Part shown: piece by piece, positions 54,401 through 62,570 of the stretch
Layout of the letters: each line of letters opens with the position of its first letter
Position numbering within the stretch: the first letter of the stretch is position 1
Source of the DNA: Dehalococcoidia bacterium
Lineage (GTDB): Bacteria > Chloroflexota > Dehalococcoidia > Lucifugimonadales > UBA1123
Direction: 5' to 3'
Length of the DNA: 64,000 nucleotides
NCBI GenBank assembly: GCA_965261525.1
Contig: OZ253472.1
Span: forward strand, 3,596,488-3,660,487
Made by a program: the position numbers and the translations under genes
The notes under the pieces: model-generated
What the model saw: only the letters and a program-made list of their open reading frames with translations
Told to the model about the DNA's origin: nothing
Databases searched by the model: none

Positions 54401-54816
54401 GCCGAAGACTCACCGACGCTCACCTAATGAATTCTGCTGCGCCAAGCCCGTCTCCAATCAGATTCCCCGTAACGGGCGACAACATAATCGAGAAAGCGCA
54501 TCCCAAATACTACGCCCCGGGAGAAAAAACTCCGGGCGTCGAGTCGTCTCTTGAGCGCGGCAGGGTCTATATCAGCAAAAACAACCGACGCTCCGGCAAG
54601 CGTGGTCAGTATTTCGATGGCATAACGCCGGAGGTATGGGGATTTCGCGTTGGCGGCTACCAGCCCATGGACAAGTGGCTTAAGGACCGCAAGGGGAGAA
54701 CGCTGACCTTCGATGACCAAGAGCATTACCGGCGCATATCCGCATCCATTGAGGAGACAATTCGGCTCATGCAAGCTGTGGACGATGCGATAGCGGAGAA
54801 TGGCGGGCTGTGGTAG
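51439..54816 (+). CDS. Single-chain Type IIG-like restriction-modification enzyme
   Basis: The domain order is: candidate PD-ExK nuclease, gamma-class N6-adenine methyltransferase, and a Type ISP/YeeA-like C-terminal specificity region. Supporting sequence: APDF-x17-IEAK (~51628..51708); DPACGTGSFL (~52650..52680); GNPPYSG (~53044..53064); C-terminal YIYAVFHSPTYRERYDQFLRSDFPRVP and GGYQPMDKWLKDRKGR. The start is possibly Met 51469. Confidence 0.75.
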   Translation: MRTQSREVGNMVASARFRQYIKDIQDNLKLGSATEHTHRPAFKALLESAYDGITATNEPGRIECGAPDFSISKGDAPGQVTIGYIEAKDVGVDLYAIERDSNRANPTTPNGKQLKRYRQALPNLILTNYTEFRWYSDSELRVTAALTEHSDAALSVSNDGVSKTDDLLSAFLVHSPELVSNPRDLAERMARLTHMIRDIVREGMSKERSSQDVNDLYQAAREALVPNLTLDDFADMFAQTLAYGLFAARVNHDSGSFHRRDAVYDIPAANPFLRQIFNLTAGPNAENEPFIGFVDDLAQLLANSDMEAILADFGKRDVRQDPVMHFYETFLAAYDPELRERRGVYYTPEPVISYIVRSVDILLKERFGCAEGLADYQQAEYEVLEQVDGEQQKVTKQAHRVLVLDPACGTGSFLYAVIDHIRQYYRDNGNAGMWNGYVREHLLNRVFGFELMMAPYAMSHLKLGMQLAAQDMPEDVRNEWSYEFGDDERLGVYLTNSLEQAEQQTTTLFGPMRAITDEANAASEIKRDLPIMVVLGNPPYSGHSSNASRRGRKLTWIGELIEDYKKVDGKPLGEKNPKWLQDDYVKFIRFGQWRISQSGAGILAFITNNGYLDNPTFRGMRQQLMDTFADIYLLDLHGNSNKKESTPDGGSDQNVFDIQQGVSIAIFVREPGNSGPAKVHHADLWGDRATKYSVLEESDVSTTNWELLEPVSPRYRFRPWEDEFEDEYLRWPTIREVMPINSSGVTTARDKLTIRWSRDEMMSVVRDFSGREPEDARNKYKLPKDVRDWKVHWAQADLKEAGIDEDLVKPVLYRPFDTRYTYYTGKTRGFICRPRSQVMRHMLTGDNLGLSTTRSIEIQSGFEHIFVSKDITQLHTVSIKEVNYLYPLYTYPSEQEIAQGLYEAGERQPNLAPKFIEDLEQRLGLRFVSDSEGNLRETFGPEDVLYYIYAVFHSPTYRERYDQFLRSDFPRVPVPNTPDLFQALAKIGRRLTDAHLMNSAAPSPSPIRFPVTGDNIIEKAHPKYYAPGEKTPGVESSLERGRVYISKNNRRSGKRGQYFDGITPEVWGFRVGGYQPMDKWLKDRKGRTLTFDDQEHYRRISASIEETIRLMQAVDDAIAENGGLW

Positions 54817-54880
54817 ATTTTACATAGAGACTGAGTTTCGCAATGAGGATGGCTACATTTACCACAGAGGGAGTAAAGGC

Positions 54881-55066
54881 ATGGATGCTAAGCAACTAGA
54901 CGACAATTACCTGAAGACGCTGGAAGAGACCAAAAAGCAATATCAGCAGTATGTGGAAGTCAGTAAGCTCTATGAGTTGCCAACCAAACAAGATGAAACT
55001 CAAGTGCAGTATCGTATCCCTAGCCTCCAACATCCCTTGACGACGAACAGAATTCGCACAAACTGA
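54881..55066 (+). CDS. 61-aa hypothetical protein
   Basis: A GGAG-type site lies upstream of the ATG at 54881. The protein is a charged helical peptide (MDAKQLDDNYLKTLEETKKQYQQYVEVSKLYEL) in AT-rich context. Confidence 0.4.
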   Translation: MDAKQLDDNYLKTLEETKKQYQQYVEVSKLYELPTKQDETQVQYRIPSLQHPLTTNRIRTN

Positions 55067-55079
55067 AATGGAGTCGTAA

Positions 55080-56037
55080 ATGCCTTCATGGAGCGACCTT
55101 CTTTCGGAATTCCAGAATCATCAGAACGAACCTGGTTGGTTGGATAAGCGGCTCACAGAGCGCTTGACCTCTATATCAGAACGTCGCGATGGAGCCTGCG
55201 TCCATTTTGTATGCTTCGGCTTTCCTGCAAAAACCCAGGGGCGAAGTTTCCATAACCAGAGAAGATATGAATGGCTTCATGAATGCGTTGTATGAAGCCT
55301 CGACAGAACAGGGGCTGGTTCTGATATTGCATACGCCCGGCGGTGACCCGAATGCTGTTGAGAGCATAGTAGAATACCTGCACTCCAAATTTCACCGAAT
55401 CGCAACTATTGTCCCATATCTTGCTATGTCCGGCGGCGCGATGATGAGCTTGGCGAGCGACCTGCTGATACTTGGTAAGCAGAGCCAGCTAGGTCCTACG
55501 GATCCACAAATTCAGATAGGCAATGCGGGTTCCTATTCTGCTAGGGCAATTCAAGAAGGCTTCAGCAAGGCAAGAGAGGACATTGAAAAGGATATCAAGC
55601 TAGCCCACCTTTGGGCTCCCATCTTGCAGAACATGGGACCGTCTCTCGCTTTGGAGTCCGAAAAGGCCCTGTCTTACAGCAAAGGATTGGTAACCAAGTG
55701 GTTGCGTAAGAGATGTCTTATTGGGGATGGGGCGGACAGTAAAGCCGAGACCATCGCTGCCTACTTCAACGCGGAACCTTCGACCAAGCATGGCCAGGTT
55801 TATGTGCATGGTCAAAGAATCGGAACGGAAAAACTCGCTGAACTTGGTATTGACATAGAATATCTTGAGAATGACCAGAGCCTGCAAGACGATGTTCTAA
55901 CCACGTATCACCTGATGACCCTGATTTTTGAAACAGGCCCCTCCGTAAAATTCATCGCAAGCGACAAAGGAAAGATGTGGGCTAAGGAGCAGCTTCAAAG
56001 ACAGGTCTCTGATTCCGAACAGGAACCTGTCGAATAG
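55080..56037 (+). pseudogene. SDH-family ClpP-fold serine protease, split by a 1-nt frameshift near codon 38
   Basis: ORF 55080 (MPSWSDLLSEF...LTSISERRDGA) and ORF 55189 (..SILYASAFLQKP...LILHTPGGDPNAVESIV...AMSGGAMMSLASDLLILG...LGPTDPQI) read as one protein if one base is removed at about 55195..55205. The catalytic core is intact from Met 55189. Confidence 0.65.
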
Positions 56038-56058
56038 AGTGAACGCGCATAGTGAGCT

Positions 56059-56301
56059 TCACCCCCCACCCATCCGCCGAAGCCGCTCCCTGAGCCTCGC
56101 CACCTCCGCTTCAGCTTCAGCCGCCCGACTTTCAGCAGCCTCACTCACGGCTTGTTCTTTCTGAAGAAGGCTTCTGGCAGCCTCAAGCTCATCCTCCAAC
56201 CCATACACGCGCGCTTCCAAGTCGTCCATTGGATCTGGTAACGGTTCCAAGTGAGTATAGTCAGGGGTATGTGGCAGTTCAGATTGATTCCCGGCGGCCA
56301 T
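56059..56301 (-). CDS. 80-aa coiled-coil protein
   Basis: DDLEARVYGLEDELEAARSLLQKEQAVSEAAESRAAEAEAEVARLRERLRR. It resembles the tails of the two Uma2 proteins. Confidence 0.35.
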   Translation of the reverse strand: MAAGNQSELPHTPDYTHLEPLPDPMDDLEARVYGLEDELEAARSLLQKEQAVSEAAESRAAEAEAEVARLRERLRRMGGG

Positions 56302-56444
56302 GGTTAGCTTCTCCGTTTAGCGGTGATTAAAGACTCCCCGTCTGTCAAAAATCATAACACAGACCTCTGATCCCCATAGTCACCTTCCAAGGCTGTCCCA
56401 GCCTGTCTCCATATTCCCAATTTCGCTACGCATCTAGTCCCCTA

Positions 56445-56665
56445 TTCTGCTACAATCCTCGTATGCCAAACGAAAACCGACAATTCACGAACAATCACTA
56501 TGAACCATAAATCCACGGTTATAAATGAGAGCGGGCAACCGCAAAAAACCCTCTAAACTGGTGAATACAGGTCTATACAGGTGATATGCAGGTACCAGAC
56601 CCCTCCAGCAGGCCACTTGCAGACCGCCTGCACAGCCACCAGTAATCGCACTGATATATAAGTCC
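56445..56665 (-). repeat. Family C scaffold, diverged copy (minus orientation)
   Basis: The reverse complement carries TTATATAT, three phased words (CCTGCAT/CCTGTAT/CCTGTAT; plus-strand ATACAGG at 56565 and 56575, ATGCAGG at 56586), CAGTTTAGAGGG, ATTTATGGTT and ATTGTAGCAG. Confidence 0.6.
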
Positions 56666-56687
56666 ACGTAAATGGCAAAGACTGAAA

Positions 56688-57803
56688 TTGAAGATCACCG
56701 ACGTTAAGATAGAAGTAGTCCGCCGAACCCTGCCCGACACCGGGCTCGACTCCGACCTGGGTCGCTTCTCTGGCGATGTCGAGCAGGGTATGCTGCGCAT
56801 CATGACCGACGAGGGCATAGAGGGCAACTGCTTCATCGGCGACTTCAGAGGCGGCGGACACGGGCAGTTCGGTCCCATTCTCAACGTCCTCAAGCCCGAA
56901 ATACTTGGCCGCGACCCGTTCGAGCGCGAACGCCTGTGGAGTCGTCTGCCCATCCTCAGCGGACGGCGCGGATTGAGCATGAACGCCTGGGCCCCCGTGG
57001 ACGTGGCGCTGTGGGACATCGCGGGCAAGGCCGCCGGAGTTCCCGTGTACAAGCTGCTCGGCGCCAGCCGCGACGAGACCGAGGTTTACGCCACCTACCC
57101 GCCGCGACACGAGACCTCGCAGGGTTACTTCGGAGAGGCGCATCAGATACGCGCCGCCGGATTCCGCGCCTACAAGATACACCCGGGTGTCATGGACACC
57201 GCCGCCGTCTTCGAGATGATGGCCGGCGTGAGGGACGTCGTTGGCGACGATATGGAGCTTATGCTCGACCCCAACAACGGCTACGACTTTCGCAAGGCGC
57301 TGGACGTGGGAAGCGCGGCGGACGACCTCGGCTTCTACTGGTACGAGGACCCAATCCCGCCCCACGAATACGACAACATCGCCGAACTCAGCAGGCGTCT
57401 CCTCACTCCAATCTGTATGAGCGACAAGCCTGAGAACCAGTTCCAGACCGGCTATCACTACATCCGTCTCAAGGCGCTGAGGCTCGTGCGCGGCACTGCC
57501 AGAAAGCTCGGCATCACCGGCCTGAAGAAACTCTGCTCCATGGCCGAGGGATTCGGGATGAACTGCGAGATCGGCACGGCTGGCAATTCGCTGCTCAATA
57601 TAGCCAACCTTCATGTGATCTGCTCTGTGCGGAACTGCGCCTACTACGAGTACTGGATGCCGACCGAGGCGCACCAGTTCGGCCTGGTCGAGGACATTAA
57701 GCTGAACGAGCGCGGCGTTCTCGAAGCGCCGACCGCTCCCGGGCTGGGTTTCGAGCTCGACTGGAATTGGATCAACGCCCACAGGGTAGCCACCCTGGAT
57801 TAG
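56688..57803 (+). CDS. Enolase-superfamily enzyme (mandelate racemase/muconate-lactonizing type), second paralog
   Basis: MKITDVKIEVV...APVDVALWDIAGKAAGVPVYKLLG...LMLDPNNGY...WYEDP. Confidence 0.8.
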   Translation: MKITDVKIEVVRRTLPDTGLDSDLGRFSGDVEQGMLRIMTDEGIEGNCFIGDFRGGGHGQFGPILNVLKPEILGRDPFERERLWSRLPILSGRRGLSMNAWAPVDVALWDIAGKAAGVPVYKLLGASRDETEVYATYPPRHETSQGYFGEAHQIRAAGFRAYKIHPGVMDTAAVFEMMAGVRDVVGDDMELMLDPNNGYDFRKALDVGSAADDLGFYWYEDPIPPHEYDNIAELSRRLLTPICMSDKPENQFQTGYHYIRLKALRLVRGTARKLGITGLKKLCSMAEGFGMNCEIGTAGNSLLNIANLHVICSVRNCAYYEYWMPTEAHQFGLVEDIKLNERGVLEAPTAPGLGFELDWNWINAHRVATLD

Positions 57804-57866
57804 ACCGCGACTGTAAACATTCCTAATTCCAAATTCACAATTCCTAATTTCTACTATGGCTGGTGG

Positions 57867-59084
57867 ATGGTCGGTGGCGCGGTCGTCAGCCTGTTTGCGT
57901 GGATGGGAGTCAGTCAGGCCGCGGCCGGAGTGTTCCTCAAGCCGGTCGTGGATGATCTTGGCTGGCAGGTCTGGCAATTCACGCTCGGCGCTTCACTCGC
58001 TTCGGGCGCGGGCGGACTTTCGGGTGTATTCGCGGGATCCATAGTTGACAAGCGCGGTCCGCGACTTCTGATCCTTGTCGGGGCGCTGGTTGCCGCCGCC
58101 TGCCTGATCGGTCTGAGCAGACAGTCCCACCTATGGATGTTCCTCGTCTTGTACACCGTCGGGGGACTCTTTGGGTGGAGCCTGTTTAGCTCGACCGTCA
58201 TAAACCCCACGATTACCAAGTGGTTCATCAGGAAGCGCGGATGGGCGCTGGCATTGGGTTCGATAGGCGTGTCCATGGCCGGACTCATCGCGCCGGTGAC
58301 CATGACCTTCATCGTGGACACCTGGAACTGGAGAGTGGGCTACGCCGTGATGGGGGTGTTCGTACTTGTTGCCGTCGTTCCTGTGTCTTTCATTATGCGG
58401 CGGACGCCCGAGGACCACGGCCTTCTGCCCGACGGCGATTCATCCGATCTGGCTGTTCAATTCAATCAACCCACGCGAGCCGTCGAGACTCCTTCCTTCA
58501 CTCGCTGGGAGGCAGTCCGCACGAGTGGGTTCTGGCTGCTGTTGATCGGATTCGCATTCAATATGGCTGCTCTCATCTCCGTTCTGGTCCACGCCATCCC
58601 GCTCCTCACCGACTCGGGATTCTCCAGGACGATAGCGGCCTCCGCGCTTGCGGTCAACGGGCTTGGCAACCTGGCATCCAAGGCGGCGTGGGGCTACGGA
58701 CTCCAGCGAGTCCATCCACGCCTGCTCGTGATAACCGCGTTCATGATCTCGGCCGCCGGCGTCATCCTGATACTGATCGCCACCGCCACAGGACTCTACA
58801 TCGTCCTGTTCCCCGCGTTCTTCATGTACGGCTTCGGGTTCGGAGGAACCATACCATTGGGCGAGTTCACCTGGGCGAAGTATTTCGGCAGGCGTCACAT
58901 CGGAGCTATTCGAGGCATCGGAAACCCGGTAGCGATCCTGTTCTCCGGCATCGGGCCCATACTGGTCGGCTTGTGGTTCGACATCGTGGGCGCGTATCAG
59001 CCCGCCTTCTTCGCCGTCATAGCGTCGTTCTTCGTGGGCGCCGCGCTTGTAGCAGTGTCGAGGGAGCCGCGCAAGGCGGAGTGA
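57867..59084 (+). CDS. MFS transporter
   Basis: 12 predicted helices with a D-K-R-G-P-R loop (IVDKRGPR). An in-frame YYGWW lies just upstream but without a start codon. Confidence 0.8.
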   Translation: MVGGAVVSLFAWMGVSQAAAGVFLKPVVDDLGWQVWQFTLGASLASGAGGLSGVFAGSIVDKRGPRLLILVGALVAAACLIGLSRQSHLWMFLVLYTVGGLFGWSLFSSTVINPTITKWFIRKRGWALALGSIGVSMAGLIAPVTMTFIVDTWNWRVGYAVMGVFVLVAVVPVSFIMRRTPEDHGLLPDGDSSDLAVQFNQPTRAVETPSFTRWEAVRTSGFWLLLIGFAFNMAALISVLVHAIPLLTDSGFSRTIAASALAVNGLGNLASKAAWGYGLQRVHPRLLVITAFMISAAGVILILIATATGLYIVLFPAFFMYGFGFGGTIPLGEFTWAKYFGRRHIGAIRGIGNPVAILFSGIGPILVGLWFDIVGAYQPAFFAVIASFFVGAALVAVSREPRKAE

Positions 59085-59205
59085 CCCCGAGGCGCGGATT
59101 GCCATACAAGTAGTCTCGCTGCCAGTGCCCGATGGAAAAACACGGGTGAAGCAAAAAGCGACCCAAGTACACGAAAACAGTGTAAAATAGAACCATTAAT
59201 GCCGA

Positions 59206-59445
59206 TTGGCGGAGGGTGTGAGCGTGAAGAATATAACGTTGAGCGCCGACGAAAATCTAATAGAAGCGGCGCGTCGGCGTGCGACGGAAGAGCGGACTAC
59301 CCTGAACGCTCAATTCCGGTTGTGGCTCGAAACCTATGCTCAGAATGAATGGCAGGCTGAGCAGGCCATGAACGTCATCCGTGAACTGCAAGGCAAATTG
59401 CAAGTGGGTCGCAAGTTGACACGTGAGGAAATGAATGAGCGCTGA
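59206..59445 (+). CDS. Antitoxin-like small protein (VapB-type position)
   Basis: KNITLSADENLIEAARRRATEERTTLNAQFRLWLETY. Its stop overlaps the start of the PIN remnant. Confidence 0.5.
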   Translation: MAEGVSVKNITLSADENLIEAARRRATEERTTLNAQFRLWLETYAQNEWQAEQAMNVIRELQGKLQVGRKLTREEMNER

Positions 59446-59572
59446 GTATTTCTATGACTCTATTATTGTCGCCGCCGCATTGGAGGCGGGATGCAGACGA
59501 TTGTACAGTGAAGATATGCAGCATGGTCAGAGGATACACGGCCTGACTATCGAGAACCCTTTCGCTGGATAA
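59435..59572 (+). pseudogene. C-terminal remnant of a PIN-domain (VapC) toxin
   Basis: The 45-aa ORF MSAEYFYDSIIVAAALEAGCRRLYSEDMQHGQRIHGLTIENPFAG matches only the last third of PIN toxins (DS.IVAAAL.AGC..LYSEDLQHGQ). Confidence 0.55.
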
Positions 59573-59629
59573 TCTCGGCAACGTCCTCGATGAACGGCGA
59601 ACCCGGATTCCTCGACGGCGGGCCGTTTA

Positions 59630-60304
59630 TCAGCCGAATCTCGCCAGCGTCGGCGCCGGACCGAAGGCCGCAATCGTGTAGAAGAGAATTGAGAGTGAAA
59701 CGGCGAGCAGGTATGGTCCATATATGCTTAACCACCCGCGAGTCGAATCGCGCAGTGTATAAATAAGCAAGGAGCCGATTCCGAAGATCGCGCCGGCCAT
59801 AAGGCCGGTGAACAGCCCGAATACTCCGTGCGTGAATGAGAACGACGGTACGCGGAACAGCGCGCCTGACATCTGAGATGGAATCTCTCCCAAGGTGATG
59901 ACTCCCTTTTCAAGGCTCAGAAAGACTGTGGTTATGGGGAGTGTGCTTCCGGTTATAATCGGCGAGAGAAGGCCGAATATGAATCCGAATGACAGCCATT
60001 GGACAATGGTTCGCGGCGCGCTATCCCGTTCTCCCGAACTGTATGCCATGAGGCCGCCAATTATGGCGCAGACTACGAAGGCCCCACCCGACAGGAACAG
60101 CGTCGGCGTGAACATCATATGCTCGGGAGTGTCCGGGTACTTCGTGCGGGAAAGCAGATTTATAAGCAGAGAGGCAGCCCCCAGCGACCCGCCGTAAATG
60201 GCAAGGCAGATGATCAGGTATCCACGCCGCGCAAGTCTGCTCTCGCTCAGCGGCGGCGGAGCCAGTCGGGGATATGACCTTAGTGAAATGTCTTGGTTCT
60301 GCAT
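59630..60304 (-). CDS. Polytopic membrane protein, unknown function
   Basis: 224 aa with about six hydrophobic helices and no recognisable motif. Confidence 0.5.
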   Translation of the reverse strand: MQNQDISLRSYPRLAPPPLSESRLARRGYLIICLAIYGGSLGAASLLINLLSRTKYPDTPEHMMFTPTLFLSGGAFVVCAIIGGLMAYSSGERDSAPRTIVQWLSFGFIFGLLSPIITGSTLPITTVFLSLEKGVITLGEIPSQMSGALFRVPSFSFTHGVFGLFTGLMAGAIFGIGSLLIYTLRDSTRGWLSIYGPYLLAVSLSILFYTIAAFGPAPTLARFG

Positions 60305-60481
60305 TGGAGTCTTCTAGTGCGTCCGAGTAGGTCTCGAAATAGTGGACAGGCTGTTCGATTCACAAGAAAGAGGCCATCTTTGAAATGCCTGTGCCACATA
60401 GTCTATCAATGCCAGGCCACACGTGGCAATTCGCGTTCCGAGTTCGCGTATTCAGGCTGTGAATCCCGTAAACGAGCGGAC

Positions 60482-61528
60482 TTAATTGCCCGAACTCGCT
60501 AACGCGCCCGCCAGGGTCAGCTCTTCGGCGCGGTGGCAGCTTGCGTAGTGGTTCGGGGCTATCTCGCGGAGCTGAGGAGTCTCGCTTCGGCATATATCGG
60601 TCGCGTATTCGCAACGTGGATTGAAATAGCACCCGGTAGGCGGGTTGGCGGGATTGGCGACCTCTCCCTGGAGCACGACGCGGTCGCGCCGCACACGAGG
60701 GTCGGGCTCCGGCACGGAGGACAGCAGCGCCGCCGTGTATGGATGCTTGGGCGAATTGAAGAGCTCGTCGGTCGGAGCCATCTCGACCAGCTTGCCGACG
60801 TACATAACCGCGATTCGGTCGCTGATGTGCTTGACCACGCTGAGGTCGTGCGCGACGAACAGGTACGTCAGGCCCAGTTCACTCTGGAGGTCCATCATAA
60901 GATTGAGCACCTGCGCCTGCACCGACACATCCAGCGCGGAGACGGGTTCGTCCGCGACTATGAGGCGCGGGTTGAGCGCCAGCGCTCTCGCTATGCCTAT
61001 ACGCTGTCTCTGACCACCGCTGAAGGCGTGAGGGAACCTGCGCATATACTCGGGCCGGAGACCGACCACCCTGAGAAGTTCCGCGACCCTGTCCTCCCGC
61101 TCCGATTTAGGGTAGCCGCTTATGATCAGCGGTTCGCCCACAATATCCATCAGCGTCATACGCGGGTTCAGCGACGAGAACGGGTCCTGGAAGATCATCT
61201 GCATTTCCTGGCGCAGGCTTCTCATCTGCGCTCGCGGCGCGATGGCCACGTCCACTGTTCCGCCATTTTCCGACCGGAACAGTATCTCGCCGCTCGTTGG
61301 CTCTATCGCTCTGAGAATGCACCTCGCGGTGGTGGTCTTTCCACATCCGCTTTCGCCCACGAGCCCGAGGGTCTCGCCCTCGTTAATGTAGAAGCTCACG
61401 TCATCAACGGCGCGAATGTTGCCAATCTCGCGTCTCAGCAAGCCCTGTTGTATCGGGAAGTATTTGCGGAGATTGTTTATCTCCAGCAGTCGCTCGCCAT
61501 TTTGTGCAGTTGGTGTTTCCACGGTCAA
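60482..61528 (-). CDS. Oligopeptide/dipeptide ABC transporter ATP-binding protein (OppF/DppF type)
   Basis: [23 protein letters not shown], and a C-terminal Cys-containing oligopeptide-transporter extension. Confidence 0.85.
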   Translation of the reverse strand: MTVETPTAQNGERLLEINNLRKYFPIQQGLLRREIGNIRAVDDVSFYINEGETLGLVGESGCGKTTTARCILRAIEPTSGEILFRSENGGTVDVAIAPRAQMRSLRQEMQMIFQDPFSSLNPRMTLMDIVGEPLIISGYPKSEREDRVAELLRVVGLRPEYMRRFPHAFSGGQRQRIGIARALALNPRLIVADEPVSALDVSVQAQVLNLMMDLQSELGLTYLFVAHDLSVVKHISDRIAVMYVGKLVEMAPTDELFNSPKHPYTAALLSSVPEPDPRVRRDRVVLQGEVANPANPPTGCYFNPRCEYATDICRSETPQLREIAPNHYASCHRAEELTLAGALASSGN

Positions 61529-61531
61529 ATC

Positions 61532-62566
61532 CTATACTCCGTGATGGAGAAAGCAGCTTACCTGATGATTGGAGGAGATGGGCTTCAGGGTCGGTGCGTT
61601 TGTGTCGCATATCCCTGACATGAAGGCCGGACAGCGCGGATTGAACGGACATCCGGTCGGCCTGTCGTATGGGTGAGGCACCGATCCCGTGATGGACGCC
61701 AAACGCTCTTGTGAACTGTCGGACTGGATGCGCGGTATGGACTGCAAGAGCGCCTGGGTGTACGGATGCTGCGGGTTGTGGAATATGTCGTCCACGGGGG
61801 CGCTCTCCACCACCCTGCCGAGGTACATCACTACCACGTAGTCCGCCATCTCAGCTATCACGCCCAAGTCGTGAGTGATAAGCATGATGGCCATGTCCTC
61901 TTCCTGCTGAAGATTAATCATCAAGTCGAGGATCTGCGCCTGGGTCGTTACATCCAACGCGGTCGTCGGCTCGTCGGCTATCAGTATGCGCGGGCTGCAC
62001 GACAGCGCCATCGCGATCATGGCCCTCTGGCGCAGGCCGCCGCTGAGCTGGAACGAATACTCGTTCATTCTCTGTTCGGCCAGCGGTATCCCGACGCGCC
62101 GAAGCATCTCGATGCCTATCTCCCGAGCTTCAGCCTTGTGAACGTCTCTGTGCAGCATGATCGCTTCCATAAGCTGGTTGCCGACAGTGTGTACGGGGCT
62201 GAAAGAAGTCATGGGTTCCTGGAAGACATACGCGATTTCGCCGCCCCTGATGTCGCGCATTTCCGTTCCGTCAGGGTCGAAGGCGGTGAGGTCCCGCATC
62301 TCCTCCCGGTCACTGTTCCTGCTCTTGTAGCGGAACTTAATCTCCCCGCCAACTATCTCCCCCGGCTTGTCCAGTATGCCAAGTATAGAGCGCGCTGTAA
62401 CGCTCTTGCCGCATCCGCTCTCACCCACGATGCCCAGCGTCTGGCTGGGGTACAGGTCGAAACTAGCGCCGTCCACCGCTACCACCGTCCCCTCGTCGAG
62501 CGGAAAGTGGGTACTGAGGTCGCGCACCGAAAGGAGCGGCTCCGGCTGCCCGTTACTTGTTGTCAT
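61532..62566 (-). CDS. Oligopeptide/dipeptide ABC transporter ATP-binding protein (OppD/DppD type)
   Basis: GESGCGKSV, LSGGLRQR, LIADEPTTALD. The start is chosen at MTTSNGQ and is uncertain by a few codons. Confidence 0.85.
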   Translation of the reverse strand: MTTSNGQPEPLLSVRDLSTHFPLDEGTVVAVDGASFDLYPSQTLGIVGESGCGKSVTARSILGILDKPGEIVGGEIKFRYKSRNSDREEMRDLTAFDPDGTEMRDIRGGEIAYVFQEPMTSFSPVHTVGNQLMEAIMLHRDVHKAEAREIGIEMLRRVGIPLAEQRMNEYSFQLSGGLRQRAMIAMALSCSPRILIADEPTTALDVTTQAQILDLMINLQQEEDMAIMLITHDLGVIAEMADYVVVMYLGRVVESAPVDDIFHNPQHPYTQALLQSIPRIQSDSSQERLASITGSVPHPYDRPTGCPFNPRCPAFMSGICDTNAPTLKPISSNHQVSCFLHHGV

Positions 62567-62570
62567 TTCA

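Noticed and set aside
54881-56037. The ClpP-fold protease as a prophage head-maturation protease, making the island a prophage remnant.
   Set aside because: No portal, capsid, terminase, integrase or other phage structural genes are adjacent. The sequence matches the SDH/ClpP-fold family pattern rather than a scaffold-fused prohead protease. It remains a minor possibility.
57819-57849. A direct repeat of ATTCCTAATT upstream of the MFS gene as a regulatory site.
   Set aside because: There are only two short AT-rich 10-mers and no palindromic partner or conservation evidence, so chance occurrence is plausible.
56553-57977. A 474-aa minus-strand ORF, the longest ORF in that region.
   Set aside because: It is antisense to a well-supported enolase-superfamily gene (56688..57803). 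It is Arg/Gly/Val-rich with no motifs, which is a typical GC-rich antisense artefact.
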